Positions 29,679 to 39,431 of a stretch of 64,000 nt of DNA are shown here, one piece after another. Both the position numbers and the translations under genes were made by a program. The first letter of the stretch is position 1. Each line of letters opens with the position of its first letter. The notes below the pieces were generated by a model that worked only from the letters and a program-made list of their open reading frames with translations, was not told the DNA's origin and made no database searches. The stretch covers positions 879 to 64,878 of the forward strand of contig CAXSGM010000008.1 of NCBI GenBank assembly GCA_964236915.1, read 5' to 3'. This stretch comes from an uncultured Rhizobacter sp. Its GTDB lineage: Bacteria; Pseudomonadota; Gammaproteobacteria; Burkholderiales; Burkholderiaceae_C.

Positions 29679-30464
29679 ATGACGAACGGCCCCTACCAGA
29701 CGCTGCAGGTCGTTCGCCACGACGACGGATTCGCGACGCTCGTCCTCAACCGTCCTGACAAGTTCAACGCGCTGTCGAACGAGTTGCGGGGCGAGATGGT
29801 TGCCGCAGTCGCGGATCTGCAAGCCGATCCGGCCGTGCGCGTCCTGATCCTTACCGGCGCCGGCCGCGCCTTCACGGCCGGCATGGACCTGGAGGAATGG
29901 CGCAGCTCCGACAAGCTCGCTGCCGGCGCCTATGAGAACGATCCGGTGCAGGCGCTGCTTTCGTTTTCCGGGCCGGTGATCGGTGCGATCAACGGCATGG
30001 CGGTGACCGGCGGCCTCGAGATCGCGGTCGCTTGTGACCTGCTGGTAGCGTCGACCGAGGCGCGCTTCGCCGACACGCATGCGGCCGTCGGTTTGCTGCC
30101 CGGCTGGGGCGGCTCGGTGCGGCTGGCGAGGCTGATCGGCCTGAACCGCGCCAAGGAGCTGGCATTGACCGGCCGCTTCATCGGCGCCGAAGAGGCTTTG
30201 GCCTGGGGTCTCGTCAACCACGTCGTCGCGCCGGATGCGCTGATCGCCAAGGCAGAATGGATCGCGCGCCAGATGGCCGCCGCGGTTCCCGAAACGCTGA
30301 CGGCCTACAAGCGGCTGCTCGACGAAGGAGCCGCATTGCCGCTGAGCGACGCGCTCGCCCTAGAGCGGCGCATCTCGATCGCCAACAACGCGCAAGTCGG
30401 CGGCGAGGCGATCGATGCGCGCGTCGCCGCGATGGTGGCACGACGCAAGAGCGCCAAAGCGTGA
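29679..30464 (+). CDS. Enoyl-CoA hydratase/isomerase family protein
   Basis: LNRPDKFNALS, AFTAGMDL, AINGMAVTGGLE, FADTHAAVGLLPGWG. Confidence 0.88.
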   Translation: MTNGPYQTLQVVRHDDGFATLVLNRPDKFNALSNELRGEMVAAVADLQADPAVRVLILTGAGRAFTAGMDLEEWRSSDKLAAGAYENDPVQALLSFSGPVIGAINGMAVTGGLEIAVACDLLVASTEARFADTHAAVGLLPGWGGSVRLARLIGLNRAKELALTGRFIGAEEALAWGLVNHVVAPDALIAKAEWIARQMAAAVPETLTAYKRLLDEGAALPLSDALALERRISIANNAQVGGEAIDARVAAMVARRKSAKA

Positions 30465-30563
30465 AGCTCTACGGCGCTGGTTCGGAGGCACAAGACGAGC
30501 CGGAGCGCCCCGTCGTCGATTCGCCCGCACTGCGCAGGCCCATGGGCGCGCCGCTTCGGCGAC

Positions 30564-31688
30564 TCAGATCGGCGGGTGCCCCTGCACCGATTCGTACTGC
30601 GCAAAGCCCTTGCCGACGCCGTATTCGATGATGCCGTAGCCGACCTCGTCGCCGTCGCGCACCTCGACCACCTGATCGGCGAGCGTGCGCACCGTCTTGC
30701 GAATCGACGGGTCGGTCAGATCCCACACCTCGTGCTCGAAGTAGAGCTTGCCCCGGTCGTCACCGTGGAACCAGCCGTCGAGGCCGCCGTACAGGCCGCC
30801 TTTCAAGAAGTACCTGGTCGGCAGCACACGCACCGACAACGGCCGCTGGCTGCCATCGGCAAAAGTCAACTGGAACGTCATGTCTTGCATCGACTGGCCG
30901 TGCGGGTCGGCCAGCCAGCGCGCCTCGTGCGTCACCGCGACCAGCTGGTTGCGGCCTGAAACCCGGTTGCCGATGCCGAACACTTCTTCGCCCGACAGGT
31001 AGATCTTTTCGCCCGGCGCACGCTCCTTGAAAAAGATGTGCAGCCCGCGGTTCGCGAACTGCGCGGTCGTCCAGCAATAGAAGAAGGGCGGGTAGTAGGT
31101 CAGCGGCGGCGTCGTCTCGTCGGTGCGCATTTCGGCGCGCACGCCCCAGGAATGATCGCGCTGGCCCAGCCAGCCGGCACTGTCGAGCTCGACGCGCCGG
31201 CCGTCGAACTCGAGCCAGCCGCTGTAGCGTCCGAGCTGCTGGCCGCGCGCCATGTTCTCGGTGACCCGGCCGTCGCGACGGCGCAGGTGCGCCTTTTCCT
31301 CGTGCGGATTCAAGGTGCCGATGAACTCGATATCGAAGCGGATGCCCGAGTCGTTGTCGCCCAGCGTCAGCCGATGGCGGCGCAGGCCTTCGATCACCTT
31401 GATCGCCAACGGGCCGACGGTCGTCGTGAGCGGATCGGGCCGGAGCCGGCGCGAGGCGCGGAAGTTCCATTGCCTGCCCGGCACCGCGACGCCCGCGAAC
31501 GCATCCATCACGTTGCGGTTCGGGTGGTAGCCGAGGCCGATGTCGAAGATGATGTCGGCGGCCGGTATCGGGTGGCCGGTGTACCAGAGCCGTTCCATCC
31601 ACGCCGGATCGCTGTTGTCGATCTGGTCGAAGGTGGTCGGCAACTGATGGCCGATGAGGTCGTCCTGAGGGGTCAACATAGGGTTCAC
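30564..31688 (-). CDS. Hypothetical protein, aromatic- and beta-strand-rich
   Basis: 374-aa ORF with protein-like composition; WMERLWY, GQRDHSWGVR, GYGIIE; start could be 31679. Confidence 0.8.
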   Translation of the reverse strand: MNPMLTPQDDLIGHQLPTTFDQIDNSDPAWMERLWYTGHPIPAADIIFDIGLGYHPNRNVMDAFAGVAVPGRQWNFRASRRLRPDPLTTTVGPLAIKVIEGLRRHRLTLGDNDSGIRFDIEFIGTLNPHEEKAHLRRRDGRVTENMARGQQLGRYSGWLEFDGRRVELDSAGWLGQRDHSWGVRAEMRTDETTPPLTYYPPFFYCWTTAQFANRGLHIFFKERAPGEKIYLSGEEVFGIGNRVSGRNQLVAVTHEARWLADPHGQSMQDMTFQLTFADGSQRPLSVRVLPTRYFLKGGLYGGLDGWFHGDDRGKLYFEHEVWDLTDPSIRKTVRTLADQVVEVRDGDEVGYGIIEYGVGKGFAQYESVQGHPPI

Positions 31689-31727
31689 GAGGCCCTGCGA
31701 GGCCGCTCCGATGGATGCTAAATTCTA

Positions 31728-31741
31728 ATACGGTAGCTTAT
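31728..31741. promoter_or_regulatory. Putative operator (ATACGGTAGCTTAT) in divergent promoter
   Basis: Variant of the shared motif in an AT-rich patch. Confidence 0.5.
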
Positions 31742-31818
31742 AGTCCGCTACGGAACAGTAGGCGGGTTTGCCCGCAACGGCCGGCCCTGAAAGCCGCTGG
31801 TCCAGGAGACGAGACGCC

Positions 31819-32610
31819 ATGAAATCCACCGAATCCATCCAGGCCGAATTGCAGGGTGGTCTGGCCATCCTGACGCTGGCACAGCCGGCGCGCGGCAACC
31901 CGATCGACGGCGCCTTCGGCCGCGACTTCAGGCAAGTCGCCTCCGACCTGCTCGACGAACCCGGCTTGCGCGCCGTGCTCCTGCGTGCCGAAGGCGCGAA
32001 TTTCAGCTTCGGTGGCGACCTCAAGACGTTCTATCCGGTGCGCGACCGCCTCGCGCCGCTGGTCCGCGAGTGGACGGCCGATCTGCACATGGGTCTGCAG
32101 CGTTTCTGGCGCCTGCCGGTGCCGGTCGTCACGGCCGTGCAGGGCTACGCGATGGGTGGCGGCGTGGCGTTGCTGGCGGGCTGCGATGTGGTGCTCGCCG
32201 GAGCGTCGGCACGCATCGGCTCGGCCTTCGCTCAACTCGGCTTCAGCTGCGACTCCGGCTCCTCCGTGACGCTGACCCACCGCATGGGCGTGGCCCGCGC
32301 GCGCCGCTTCGTGCTGCTCGCCGAAGTGCTGCCCAGCGAAGAGGCGATGCGGGCCGGTCTGGTCGATCAGGTGGTCGCCGACGCGCAGTTGCAGGACGAC
32401 GCGCTGGCGCTCGCCCGCCGGCTCGCCGCCGGCCCGACGGTGGCCTATGGCGAGATCAAGCGCCTCTTCATGGAGGCCGGTGCGGCTCGGCTCGAAGCCC
32501 AGCTCGAGGACGAGGCGCTGACGCTGGCGCGCGTCTCCGCCACGCTCGACGCGCAAGAGGGCATCGCCGCGCAGATCGAAAAGCGCAAGCCGGTGTTCCA
32601 GGGCCGCTGA
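31819..32610 (+). CDS. Enoyl-CoA hydratase/isomerase (PaaG-like)
   Basis: Start MKSTES after AGGAG; FSFGGDL, AVQGYAMGGG, EKRKPVFQGR. Confidence 0.86.
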   Translation: MKSTESIQAELQGGLAILTLAQPARGNPIDGAFGRDFRQVASDLLDEPGLRAVLLRAEGANFSFGGDLKTFYPVRDRLAPLVREWTADLHMGLQRFWRLPVPVVTAVQGYAMGGGVALLAGCDVVLAGASARIGSAFAQLGFSCDSGSSVTLTHRMGVARARRFVLLAEVLPSEEAMRAGLVDQVVADAQLQDDALALARRLAAGPTVAYGEIKRLFMEAGAARLEAQLEDEALTLARVSATLDAQEGIAAQIEKRKPVFQGR

Positions 32611-32613
32611 ACG

Positions 32614-33522
32614 ATGGATCGCGACGTGCTCCTGCCGTGGAATGCGCGCGACATCGAGGCGCTGCTGCGTCTGCAGCCGGTCGGCGCCTCGACCTTTCGC
32701 AGCCGTCATGCGAGCCCCAACGCCCGCGGCACCGTGTTCGGCGGGCAACTGCTCGGCCATGCGCTGATGGCCGCCGCGATGACCGCGCCGCCGGATCGAG
32801 ACGTCACCGCGATGCAGTTCATGTTCCTGCAGAGCGCGACCCCCGAGCGACCGATCGACTACGAGGTGACGACCCTGCAGGACGGCAAGCGCTTCGCCTC
32901 GCGCCACGTTCGTGGCACCCAGGCCGGCGAGACGCCCCGGACGCGCCGCGTCGTGCTCGATGCGCAGGTGAGTTTCGCGCTCCCGCTACCGAGCCCGGAG
33001 CACGCGACGCCGTCGCGGGCAGGCGACGTCGATCCGCAAACCCTGCCGCGCTTCGAAGACCTGCCGGCCGAGACTGCCGACGTCGTCTGGCGCACGCTCG
33101 GCTACCCGTTCGAGTCGGTTGGTCTGGACCTGCGCCTGGCCGACCCCGAGCGTGGCCTCGGCCTGTCGTCGGCCGACGCCGCTTTGCGCTTCTGGCTGCG
33201 CACCCGCGACCCGCTGCCCGACGAGCCGCTGCTGCAGGCGGCGGCGTTCGCCTACCTGTCGGACTGGTGGATCAACTTCGCCAGCGTCGGAGTGCATGTG
33301 CCGGAGATGCTGCGCGACGGCATGCGGCTCCACGTCGCCAGCCTGAACCACGCCATCTGGTTCCACTGTCCGCCACGCGCCGACGACTGGCTGCACTTCG
33401 ACGTGCAAAGCCCGAGCGCGGGGCGCGGTCGTGGGCTCTCGATCGCCACCGTGCACGATGCGCGCGGCATGCTGGTGGCCAGCGCGACCCAGGAGAACCT
33501 GATGACGCCGGTCCATCCCTGA
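32614..33522 (+). CDS. Acyl-CoA thioesterase II (TesB-like)
   Basis: VFGGQLLG, LQDGKRFASRHV, AYLSD, SLNHAIWFH, GRGRGL, QE. Confidence 0.87.
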   Translation: MDRDVLLPWNARDIEALLRLQPVGASTFRSRHASPNARGTVFGGQLLGHALMAAAMTAPPDRDVTAMQFMFLQSATPERPIDYEVTTLQDGKRFASRHVRGTQAGETPRTRRVVLDAQVSFALPLPSPEHATPSRAGDVDPQTLPRFEDLPAETADVVWRTLGYPFESVGLDLRLADPERGLGLSSADAALRFWLRTRDPLPDEPLLQAAAFAYLSDWWINFASVGVHVPEMLRDGMRLHVASLNHAIWFHCPPRADDWLHFDVQSPSAGRGRGLSIATVHDARGMLVASATQENLMTPVHP

Positions 33523-33524
33523 TG

Positions 33525-33555
33525 CCGGCCCCTGACACCGGCCCCTGACACCGGC
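33525..33555. repeat. 13-bp tandem repeat (CCGGCCCCTGACA x2 plus partial)
   Basis: Directly visible after the thioesterase stop. Confidence 0.75.
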
Positions 33556-33680
33556 TTCCAAGCTGTGCCGCGCGATCACAGACGATGTGCCGGGCTGCGC
33601 CTTGCAGCGCCCATGATCGCCGACGATCCTGACCCATCGTCGCCGGGCCCTCGTGGCCGGATGCAGAACAAGGAGATACC

Positions 33681-35345
33681 GTGCCCGGACGTTCCAGGGG
33701 GTTCGACTACATCGTGATCGGCGCCGGCTCGTCGGGTTGCGTCATCGCGAACCGGCTCTCGGTCGATCCGTCGGTGCGGGTGGCGTTGATCGAGGCCGGC
33801 CCGTCCGACCGGCGGTTCCCTGTCAATCTGAAGACGCTGCTGCCGATCGGCAACATCTTCCTGCTGCCGCACGCCCGCTACAACTGGCAGCACGTGTTCA
33901 CCGGTGGCGGCGGCGTCGACCGGCGGCTGATCGGTTGCCCGCGCGGCAAGCTGTTCGGCGGCTGCAGCTCGGTCAACGGCTCGGTCTACATCCGCGGCCA
34001 CCGCAGCGACTACGACGACTGGGCGGCACTCGGCAACGAGGGCTGGGGCTACGCCAGCGTGCTCGAGGCCTACAAGCGCCATGAGAATCGCCGGGCCGGC
34101 GCGAGCGAGCACCACGGTGTCGGCGGCGAGCTCGATGTGCAGCGGCCGGCCTCGTCGAACCCGCTGTCGCGGGCATTCGTCGAGGCGGCGGTCGAGGCCG
34201 GCCATCGGCGCAACGACGACTTCAACGGCGCCGAGCAGGACGGCTGCGGCGCCTACGAGCTGAACCAGCGCGACGGCATGCGCCTGTCGAACTCGCGTGC
34301 CTTCCTGCACCCTGTGCTGGCGCGCGAGAACCTGCAGGTGTTCGCCGACACGCTCGTCGAGCGCATCGACCTGAGCGGTGCGCGGGCCACCGGTGTCACG
34401 ATCCTGCGCCACGGGCAGCGCGAGCGGCTCACCGCGGCCTGCGAAGTGATCCTGTGCGGCGGCGCGGTGAACTCGCCGCAGCTGCTGATGCTGTCCGGCA
34501 TCGGCCCCGAGGCGGAGCTGCAGCGCCACGGCATCGAGGTGAAGGCAGCGCTGCCCGGCGTCGGCCAGAACCTGCAGGATCATCCGACCGTGTTCGTCTC
34601 GACGCGCAACCCGAGCGCCGAGTCGTATGCGCTGTCGTTGCGCTCGCTGCCGCGCATCGCCGTGAGCCCGCTGCGCTACCTGTTCGGTCGGCGCGGGATG
34701 CTGGCGTCGAACGCGGCCGAGGCCGGTGGCTTCATGCGCACGCTGCCGGGTCTGGCGCGGCCCGATGTGCAGATGACCTTCCTCGTCGGCTTGAAAGGCA
34801 CGGCGCGGACGATCCCGCGGGAGCACGGTTTCCTGCTCCTGGTGCAGCTGTTGCGGCCGGTGTCGCGCGGTCACCTGGAACTCGCCTCCGCGGATCCGCA
34901 GGCTCGGCCGGTGTTGCACCCGCGCTTCCTCGACGACCCCGCCGACGTGGCGACCCTGGTGCGCGGGCTGCGCGAGGCGCGCCGCATCTTCGCCGCGTCG
35001 GCGCTGGCGCGCCATGCGCAGGGCGAGCTCGAGCCGGGCGGCGAACTGCGGAGCGACGCGCGGCTGGAAGCAGCCATCCGGGCGCAGGTCACGACCGCGT
35101 ACCACCCCGTCGGCACCTGCAAGATGGGGCTTGCCGATGATGCACTGGCCGTCGTCGACGCGCGACTGCGCGTCCACGGCATCGCCGGCCTGCGCGTCGC
35201 CGACGCCTCGATCATGCCGAACATCATCGGCGGCAACACCAGCGCGCCGGCGACGATGATCGGCGAGCGCGCCGCTGATTTCATACTCGCGGGCGCCACC
35301 GGGCGAACCGCGGTCGCAGCCTGCGCCGAGCCTGCGCTGGCCTGA
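33681..35345 (+). CDS. GMC-family oxidoreductase (choline/alcohol dehydrogenase-like)
   Basis: FDYIVIGAGSSG, PRGKLFGGCSSVNG, VGQNLQDH, YHPVGTCKMG, GGNT. Confidence 0.92.
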   Translation: MPGRSRGFDYIVIGAGSSGCVIANRLSVDPSVRVALIEAGPSDRRFPVNLKTLLPIGNIFLLPHARYNWQHVFTGGGGVDRRLIGCPRGKLFGGCSSVNGSVYIRGHRSDYDDWAALGNEGWGYASVLEAYKRHENRRAGASEHHGVGGELDVQRPASSNPLSRAFVEAAVEAGHRRNDDFNGAEQDGCGAYELNQRDGMRLSNSRAFLHPVLARENLQVFADTLVERIDLSGARATGVTILRHGQRERLTAACEVILCGGAVNSPQLLMLSGIGPEAELQRHGIEVKAALPGVGQNLQDHPTVFVSTRNPSAESYALSLRSLPRIAVSPLRYLFGRRGMLASNAAEAGGFMRTLPGLARPDVQMTFLVGLKGTARTIPREHGFLLLVQLLRPVSRGHLELASADPQARPVLHPRFLDDPADVATLVRGLREARRIFAASALARHAQGELEPGGELRSDARLEAAIRAQVTTAYHPVGTCKMGLADDALAVVDARLRVHGIAGLRVADASIMPNIIGGNTSAPATMIGERAADFILAGATGRTAVAACAEPALA

Positions 35346-35389
35346 GTGACCGGCGCATTTCGATTTCCCCGCACGAGAGGTGTTGAACC

Positions 35390-35861
35390 ATGGTCACTCG
35401 AACGCATACGCTGGGCCCAGCGTTCCTCGACGGCGGGCCGAAGGGCCTGTTCATCGCCGGCCAGGCGACGCCGGCCGCCTCCGGCACAACTTTCGCCACG
35501 CTGAATCCGTCGGCCGGCGAACGGCTCACGGGGGTGGCCAAGGGCCATGCCCGCGACATCGACCTCGCCGTCGGCGCCGCGCGCCGTGCCTTCCAAGGGA
35601 AGTGGAGCCATTGCAAGCCCTTCGATCGTCAGCAGGTCATGTCCATGGTCCGGGCAGCGACGTCTGGACGCGACCTGAACACCGCTCACCGGTTTGCCAG
35701 GAGCCTGCGCACCGGCACCGTCCGGGTCGACTGCCACCAGGTGATGGACCCGGCCGTTCCCCTCGGCGGCTACAAGACGAGCGGCGACGGGCGCGTGTCC
35801 GGCGCCCCGACACAGGGCCGAATACCTGCGGGCCGAGGCCATGTGGATCAAGACCGCCTGA
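35390..35861 (+). pseudogene. Aldehyde dehydrogenase remnant (large internal deletion and frameshift)
   Basis: ALDH N-terminus joined directly to C-terminus (RDLNTAHRFARSLRTGTV..PLGGYKTSG); native tail EYLRAEAMWIKTA-stop is in another frame. Confidence 0.88.
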
Positions 35862-35887
35862 CGCGCTGATCGGCTACATCAAGAGCC

Positions 35888-36778
35888 GTGAGCGACCGTA
35901 TCCGCGAACTCGAGGTGTTCCTGCGGGTCACCGAGGAGGCGAGCTTTTCGGCCGCGGCGCGCCGCCTCGACTGCAACCCGTCGACCATCAGCAAGCTGAT
36001 TCAGCGGCTCGAGGACCGGCTCGGCGTTCGCCTCTTCGACCGGACTTCGCGCCGGGTGCAGCTGACGCAGGAGGGCGAGCGTTATCTGGAGGCCGCAAAG
36101 CGCGTTCTCGACGCGCTCGACGATGCGGAGCATGTGCTCGGCGAGCGCGGTGCCCAGGTCGGCGGGGTCTTGCGCATCAACAGCACGCTGGCGTTCGCGC
36201 AGTTCAATCTCGCGCCGATCGTCGCCGAGTTCATCGGCCGCTACCCGCAGCTGCGGCTCGAGTTCATGTTGACCGCAGCGCCGGTGGACCTGTTCGACAA
36301 CCAGATCGACGTGTCGCTGCGCAGCGGCTACATCCCCGATTCCTCACTGGTGGCCCGGCGCATCGCGACGAGCCGCTGGTTGATCTGCGCCTCGCCCGAC
36401 TACTTGGAGCGTGCCGGCACGCCGCTCGAGCCGGCGGACCTCGAGCGGCACCAGTGCCTGAACTTCTTGCCCGGTTCGTACCGCAGCAGCTGGCCGATGC
36501 GCGGCCCGGCCGGCACGATCAGCCTCGACCCGCGCGGCAGCATCGACTCCAACTCATCCGAGCTGTTGCGCCTGCTCGCCTGTCAGGGCCTGGGCATCGT
36601 GCGGCTGTCGGAGTTCGTGGTCGGCCACGATCTGCGGACCGGCGCGCTGGTGCCGGTGCTGGGCGATCTGCAGGTCGATGCCGAGGAGCCGGTGTTCGCG
36701 GTCTACGCGAGCAAGCGCAACATCAGCCCCCGGGTAAAGGCGTTCATCGACTTCCTGGCAGCGAAGCTTCAGACCTGA
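35888..36778 (+). CDS. LysR-family transcriptional regulator (CrgA-like)
   Basis: SFSAAARRL, LEDRLGVRLFDRTSRRVQLTQEG, CASPDYL, PRVKAFIDFL. Confidence 0.93.
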   Translation: MSDRIRELEVFLRVTEEASFSAAARRLDCNPSTISKLIQRLEDRLGVRLFDRTSRRVQLTQEGERYLEAAKRVLDALDDAEHVLGERGAQVGGVLRINSTLAFAQFNLAPIVAEFIGRYPQLRLEFMLTAAPVDLFDNQIDVSLRSGYIPDSSLVARRIATSRWLICASPDYLERAGTPLEPADLERHQCLNFLPGSYRSSWPMRGPAGTISLDPRGSIDSNSSELLRLLACQGLGIVRLSEFVVGHDLRTGALVPVLGDLQVDAEEPVFAVYASKRNISPRVKAFIDFLAAKLQT

Positions 36779-38031
36779 GCGGCAACGGCTGGCACCCCGT
36801 CGTGGACAGCCACGCCGCCGTCCACCGCACCGCCGCCAACCGCACCGCCGACGACACCCGCATCCTGTAGTTCGGCAATCTGCTCCGCGCTCATCCGCAG
36901 CAGGCCGCCCAGCACCTCCTGCGCGTCGGCGCCGAGCGCCGGCAGGTGCGCGCGCGGGCCGGCGTTGCCTTCGGTCATGCGAAACGGCGCGCCGATGATG
37001 GAGAACGCGCCGGCGCCGTCGTCCACCTCGCAGAGCGTGCCGCGCTCCACGACCGAGGGCAGGCGCGCCGCTTCGGCAATATCGAGATAGCGAGAACACG
37101 GCACCTTGTGCGCGTCCAGCAAACGCTCGCACTCGGCGACGCTGTGCTGGCCGGCCCACCGGTCGAGCTCGGCGAGAAACGCCGTCCAGTGGCGCTGGCG
37201 GCCGCTGCCGGTCGCGAAGCGCGGGTCGGCCAGCCACTCGCGGTGGCCGGTGGCCTCGCACAGCGCGGCGAAGTTGTCCTGCGTGGTCGGCGCGACCATC
37301 AACCAGCCGTCGCTGGCGCGCGTCGGCTGGTAGACGAAGTGGCGCGGCTGCTCGGGAAATTGCGACTCCTGCAGCTCGCATACCAGCAGGCTGAGCATCG
37401 AGTCGAGCAGCGACACGTCGACCCGGTCGCCGCGTCCGGTGCGTGCGCGTTGCACCAGCGCGGCCTGGATGGCGCCGAACGCAAGCGAGCCGCCGAGCAC
37501 GTCGGCGACGAAGATGCCGGTGTTCGGCGGCCGGTCGCTGTCGGGTTGGTGGCTGGCCATCGCCCGGTCGAAGCCGCAGAGCGCGTGCAGCGTCGGTGCG
37601 TAAGCGCCCTTGCCGTCGCCGCTCTGCCCCTGGCCGAAGCCGGAGATCGAGCAATAGACGATCCGCGGGTTGAGCGCCGAAAGCGTCTCGTGGTCGAGCC
37701 CGAGCCGCTTCATCACGCCGGGGCGGAAGTTCTCGACCACCACGTCGACGTGTTCAACCAGTTCGTGCAGCAGGCTGCGCGCCGCCGGGTGCTTGAGGTC
37801 GAGCACGAGGCTGCGCTTGCCGCAGTTGAGGGCCGCGTAGTAGCTGCTCTTGCCGTCGCGCAACGGCGGTCGGTTGCGCGTCAGGTCACCGTTCTTCGAT
37901 TCGATCTTGATGACGTCGGCACCGAGGTCGGCCAGCAGCCGGGTGCAGTACGGGCCCGACATCACGAAAGTGAAGTCGAGCACGCGGATGCCGCTCAATG
38001 CGCCAGGTGCGCCGGGTGACAGGGCGGCCAT
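36769..38031 (-). CDS. Family III CoA-transferase (CaiB/BaiF)
   Basis: LSGIRVLDF, LADLGADVIKIE, ENFRPG, SISGFG. Confidence 0.9.
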   Translation of the reverse strand: MAALSPGAPGALSGIRVLDFTFVMSGPYCTRLLADLGADVIKIESKNGDLTRNRPPLRDGKSSYYAALNCGKRSLVLDLKHPAARSLLHELVEHVDVVVENFRPGVMKRLGLDHETLSALNPRIVYCSISGFGQGQSGDGKGAYAPTLHALCGFDRAMASHQPDSDRPPNTGIFVADVLGGSLAFGAIQAALVQRARTGRGDRVDVSLLDSMLSLLVCELQESQFPEQPRHFVYQPTRASDGWLMVAPTTQDNFAALCEATGHREWLADPRFATGSGRQRHWTAFLAELDRWAGQHSVAECERLLDAHKVPCSRYLDIAEAARLPSVVERGTLCEVDDGAGAFSIIGAPFRMTEGNAGPRAHLPALGADAQEVLGGLLRMSAEQIAELQDAGVVGGAVGGGAVDGGVAVHDGVPAVAAQV

Positions 38032-38037
38032 GGCGTT

Positions 38038-39192
38038 CTAATGCAAGCCGAGCGCGCGTCGCGCGATCACCATGCGCTGGATCTGGTTCGTGCCTTCGTA
38101 GATCTGCAGCACCTTGGCGTCGCGCATCATGCGCTCCACGTGGTTGCCGCGGACGTAGCCATGACCGCCCATGATCTGCACCGCGTCGGTCGTCACCTTC
38201 ATCGCCATGTCGGAGCAAAAGCACTTCACCATCGACGCCATTTCGGTGAGCCGTTCGAGCCGGCCGGCGTCGATCGCGCGGGTGCACTGGTAGAGCAGGG
38301 CGCGGCCGGCCTCGATCTGCATGTGCATGTCGGCCAGCATGAACTGCATGCCCTGGAACTCGCCGATCGCCTTGCCGAAGGCCTTGCGGTCTTTTGCGTA
38401 AGCGACGGCGACGTCGAACGCGCCCTGCGCGACACCGACGGCGCTGGCCGCGACCGTCGGCCGGTTCAGGTCGAGGATGTGCATGCAGGAAGTGAAGCCC
38501 TTGCCCTCTTCGCCCATGCGGTTCTCGACCGGCACGCGGACATTGTCGAAGTGGATGTCGCAGTGCGGCGTGCCGCGCTGCCCCATCATCTTCTCGATGC
38601 CGCCGAGCGTGATGCCGGCGCTCTTCATGTCGACGATGAAGCAGCTGATGTTGTCGACGCCGCGCCTGCCGCCGCTGTCGGTCTTCGCGAAGAGCGTGAT
38701 GTAGGAGGCCAGCGGCGCCATCGTGATGAAGCACTTCTGGCCGTCGATGACGTACTCGTCGCCGTCGCGCACCGCCTTCGTTCGCATCGCCCCGACATCG
38801 GAGCCGGCGTGCGGTTCGGTGATCGCGACCGAGCTGACGATGCCGCCCCTGGCGACCATCGGCAGCCACTTGCGGCGCTGCGCCTCGGTGCCGAAGTGCA
38901 GCAGCGGCAGCACGAACGAGATGGTGTTCTGGTTGATCAGCTGCGCCCCGGTCATCGAGGTGCGGGCGACCAGCTCCTTGGCCATGCAGGTGGTCGTGAG
39001 GTCGAGGCCCGGGCCGCCGTACTCCTCCGGCACGCGCGCCTGCATCAGGCCGAGTTCGCCGAAGATCGGGATCAGCTGCTTCGGGAAGGTCTCGGTCTCG
39101 TCCATCTGGTGGGCGATCGGCGCGATCTCCTTGTCGACGACGCGCTGCAGGCTGTCGAGCAAAGCGGCTTGCAGTTCGGTGCGAGGTTCCAT
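38038..39192 (-). CDS. Acyl-CoA dehydrogenase
   Basis: ITEPHAGSD, GQKCFIT, QIMGGHGY, RDAKVLQIYEGTNQIQR. Confidence 0.92.
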   Translation of the reverse strand: MEPRTELQAALLDSLQRVVDKEIAPIAHQMDETETFPKQLIPIFGELGLMQARVPEEYGGPGLDLTTTCMAKELVARTSMTGAQLINQNTISFVLPLLHFGTEAQRRKWLPMVARGGIVSSVAITEPHAGSDVGAMRTKAVRDGDEYVIDGQKCFITMAPLASYITLFAKTDSGGRRGVDNISCFIVDMKSAGITLGGIEKMMGQRGTPHCDIHFDNVRVPVENRMGEEGKGFTSCMHILDLNRPTVAASAVGVAQGAFDVAVAYAKDRKAFGKAIGEFQGMQFMLADMHMQIEAGRALLYQCTRAIDAGRLERLTEMASMVKCFCSDMAMKVTTDAVQIMGGHGYVRGNHVERMMRDAKVLQIYEGTNQIQRMVIARRALGLH

Positions 39193-39353
39193 GGCGTCTC
39201 CGGATCGGTCAACAACGGTTCGGCGAACCGCCCGGCAATACTGCCGCAGCGACGCGACCCGGGGAAGTGCGCGCGGTCGAACAGCGTCTGTGACGGGCGA
39301 TCACAGCCGGCGGCAGGGCCGCAGTCAGAGGGTCAACCCGATTGACGCCTGTA

Positions 39354-39367
39354 GTACGCATGTGTAA
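39354..39367. promoter_or_regulatory. Putative operator (GTACGCATGTGTAA) between divergent ACAD genes
   Basis: Variant of the shared motif. Confidence 0.5.
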
Positions 39368-39431
39368 GGTCGCAGACGCATACCAAACCGGTCGTCAGGC
39401 GCCCGATCACCGTCATCCGGAGACCTTTGTC

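Noticed and set aside
33525-33555. Tandem repeat as a CRISPR remnant
   Set aside because: Two adjacent 13-mers, no spacers, no cas genes
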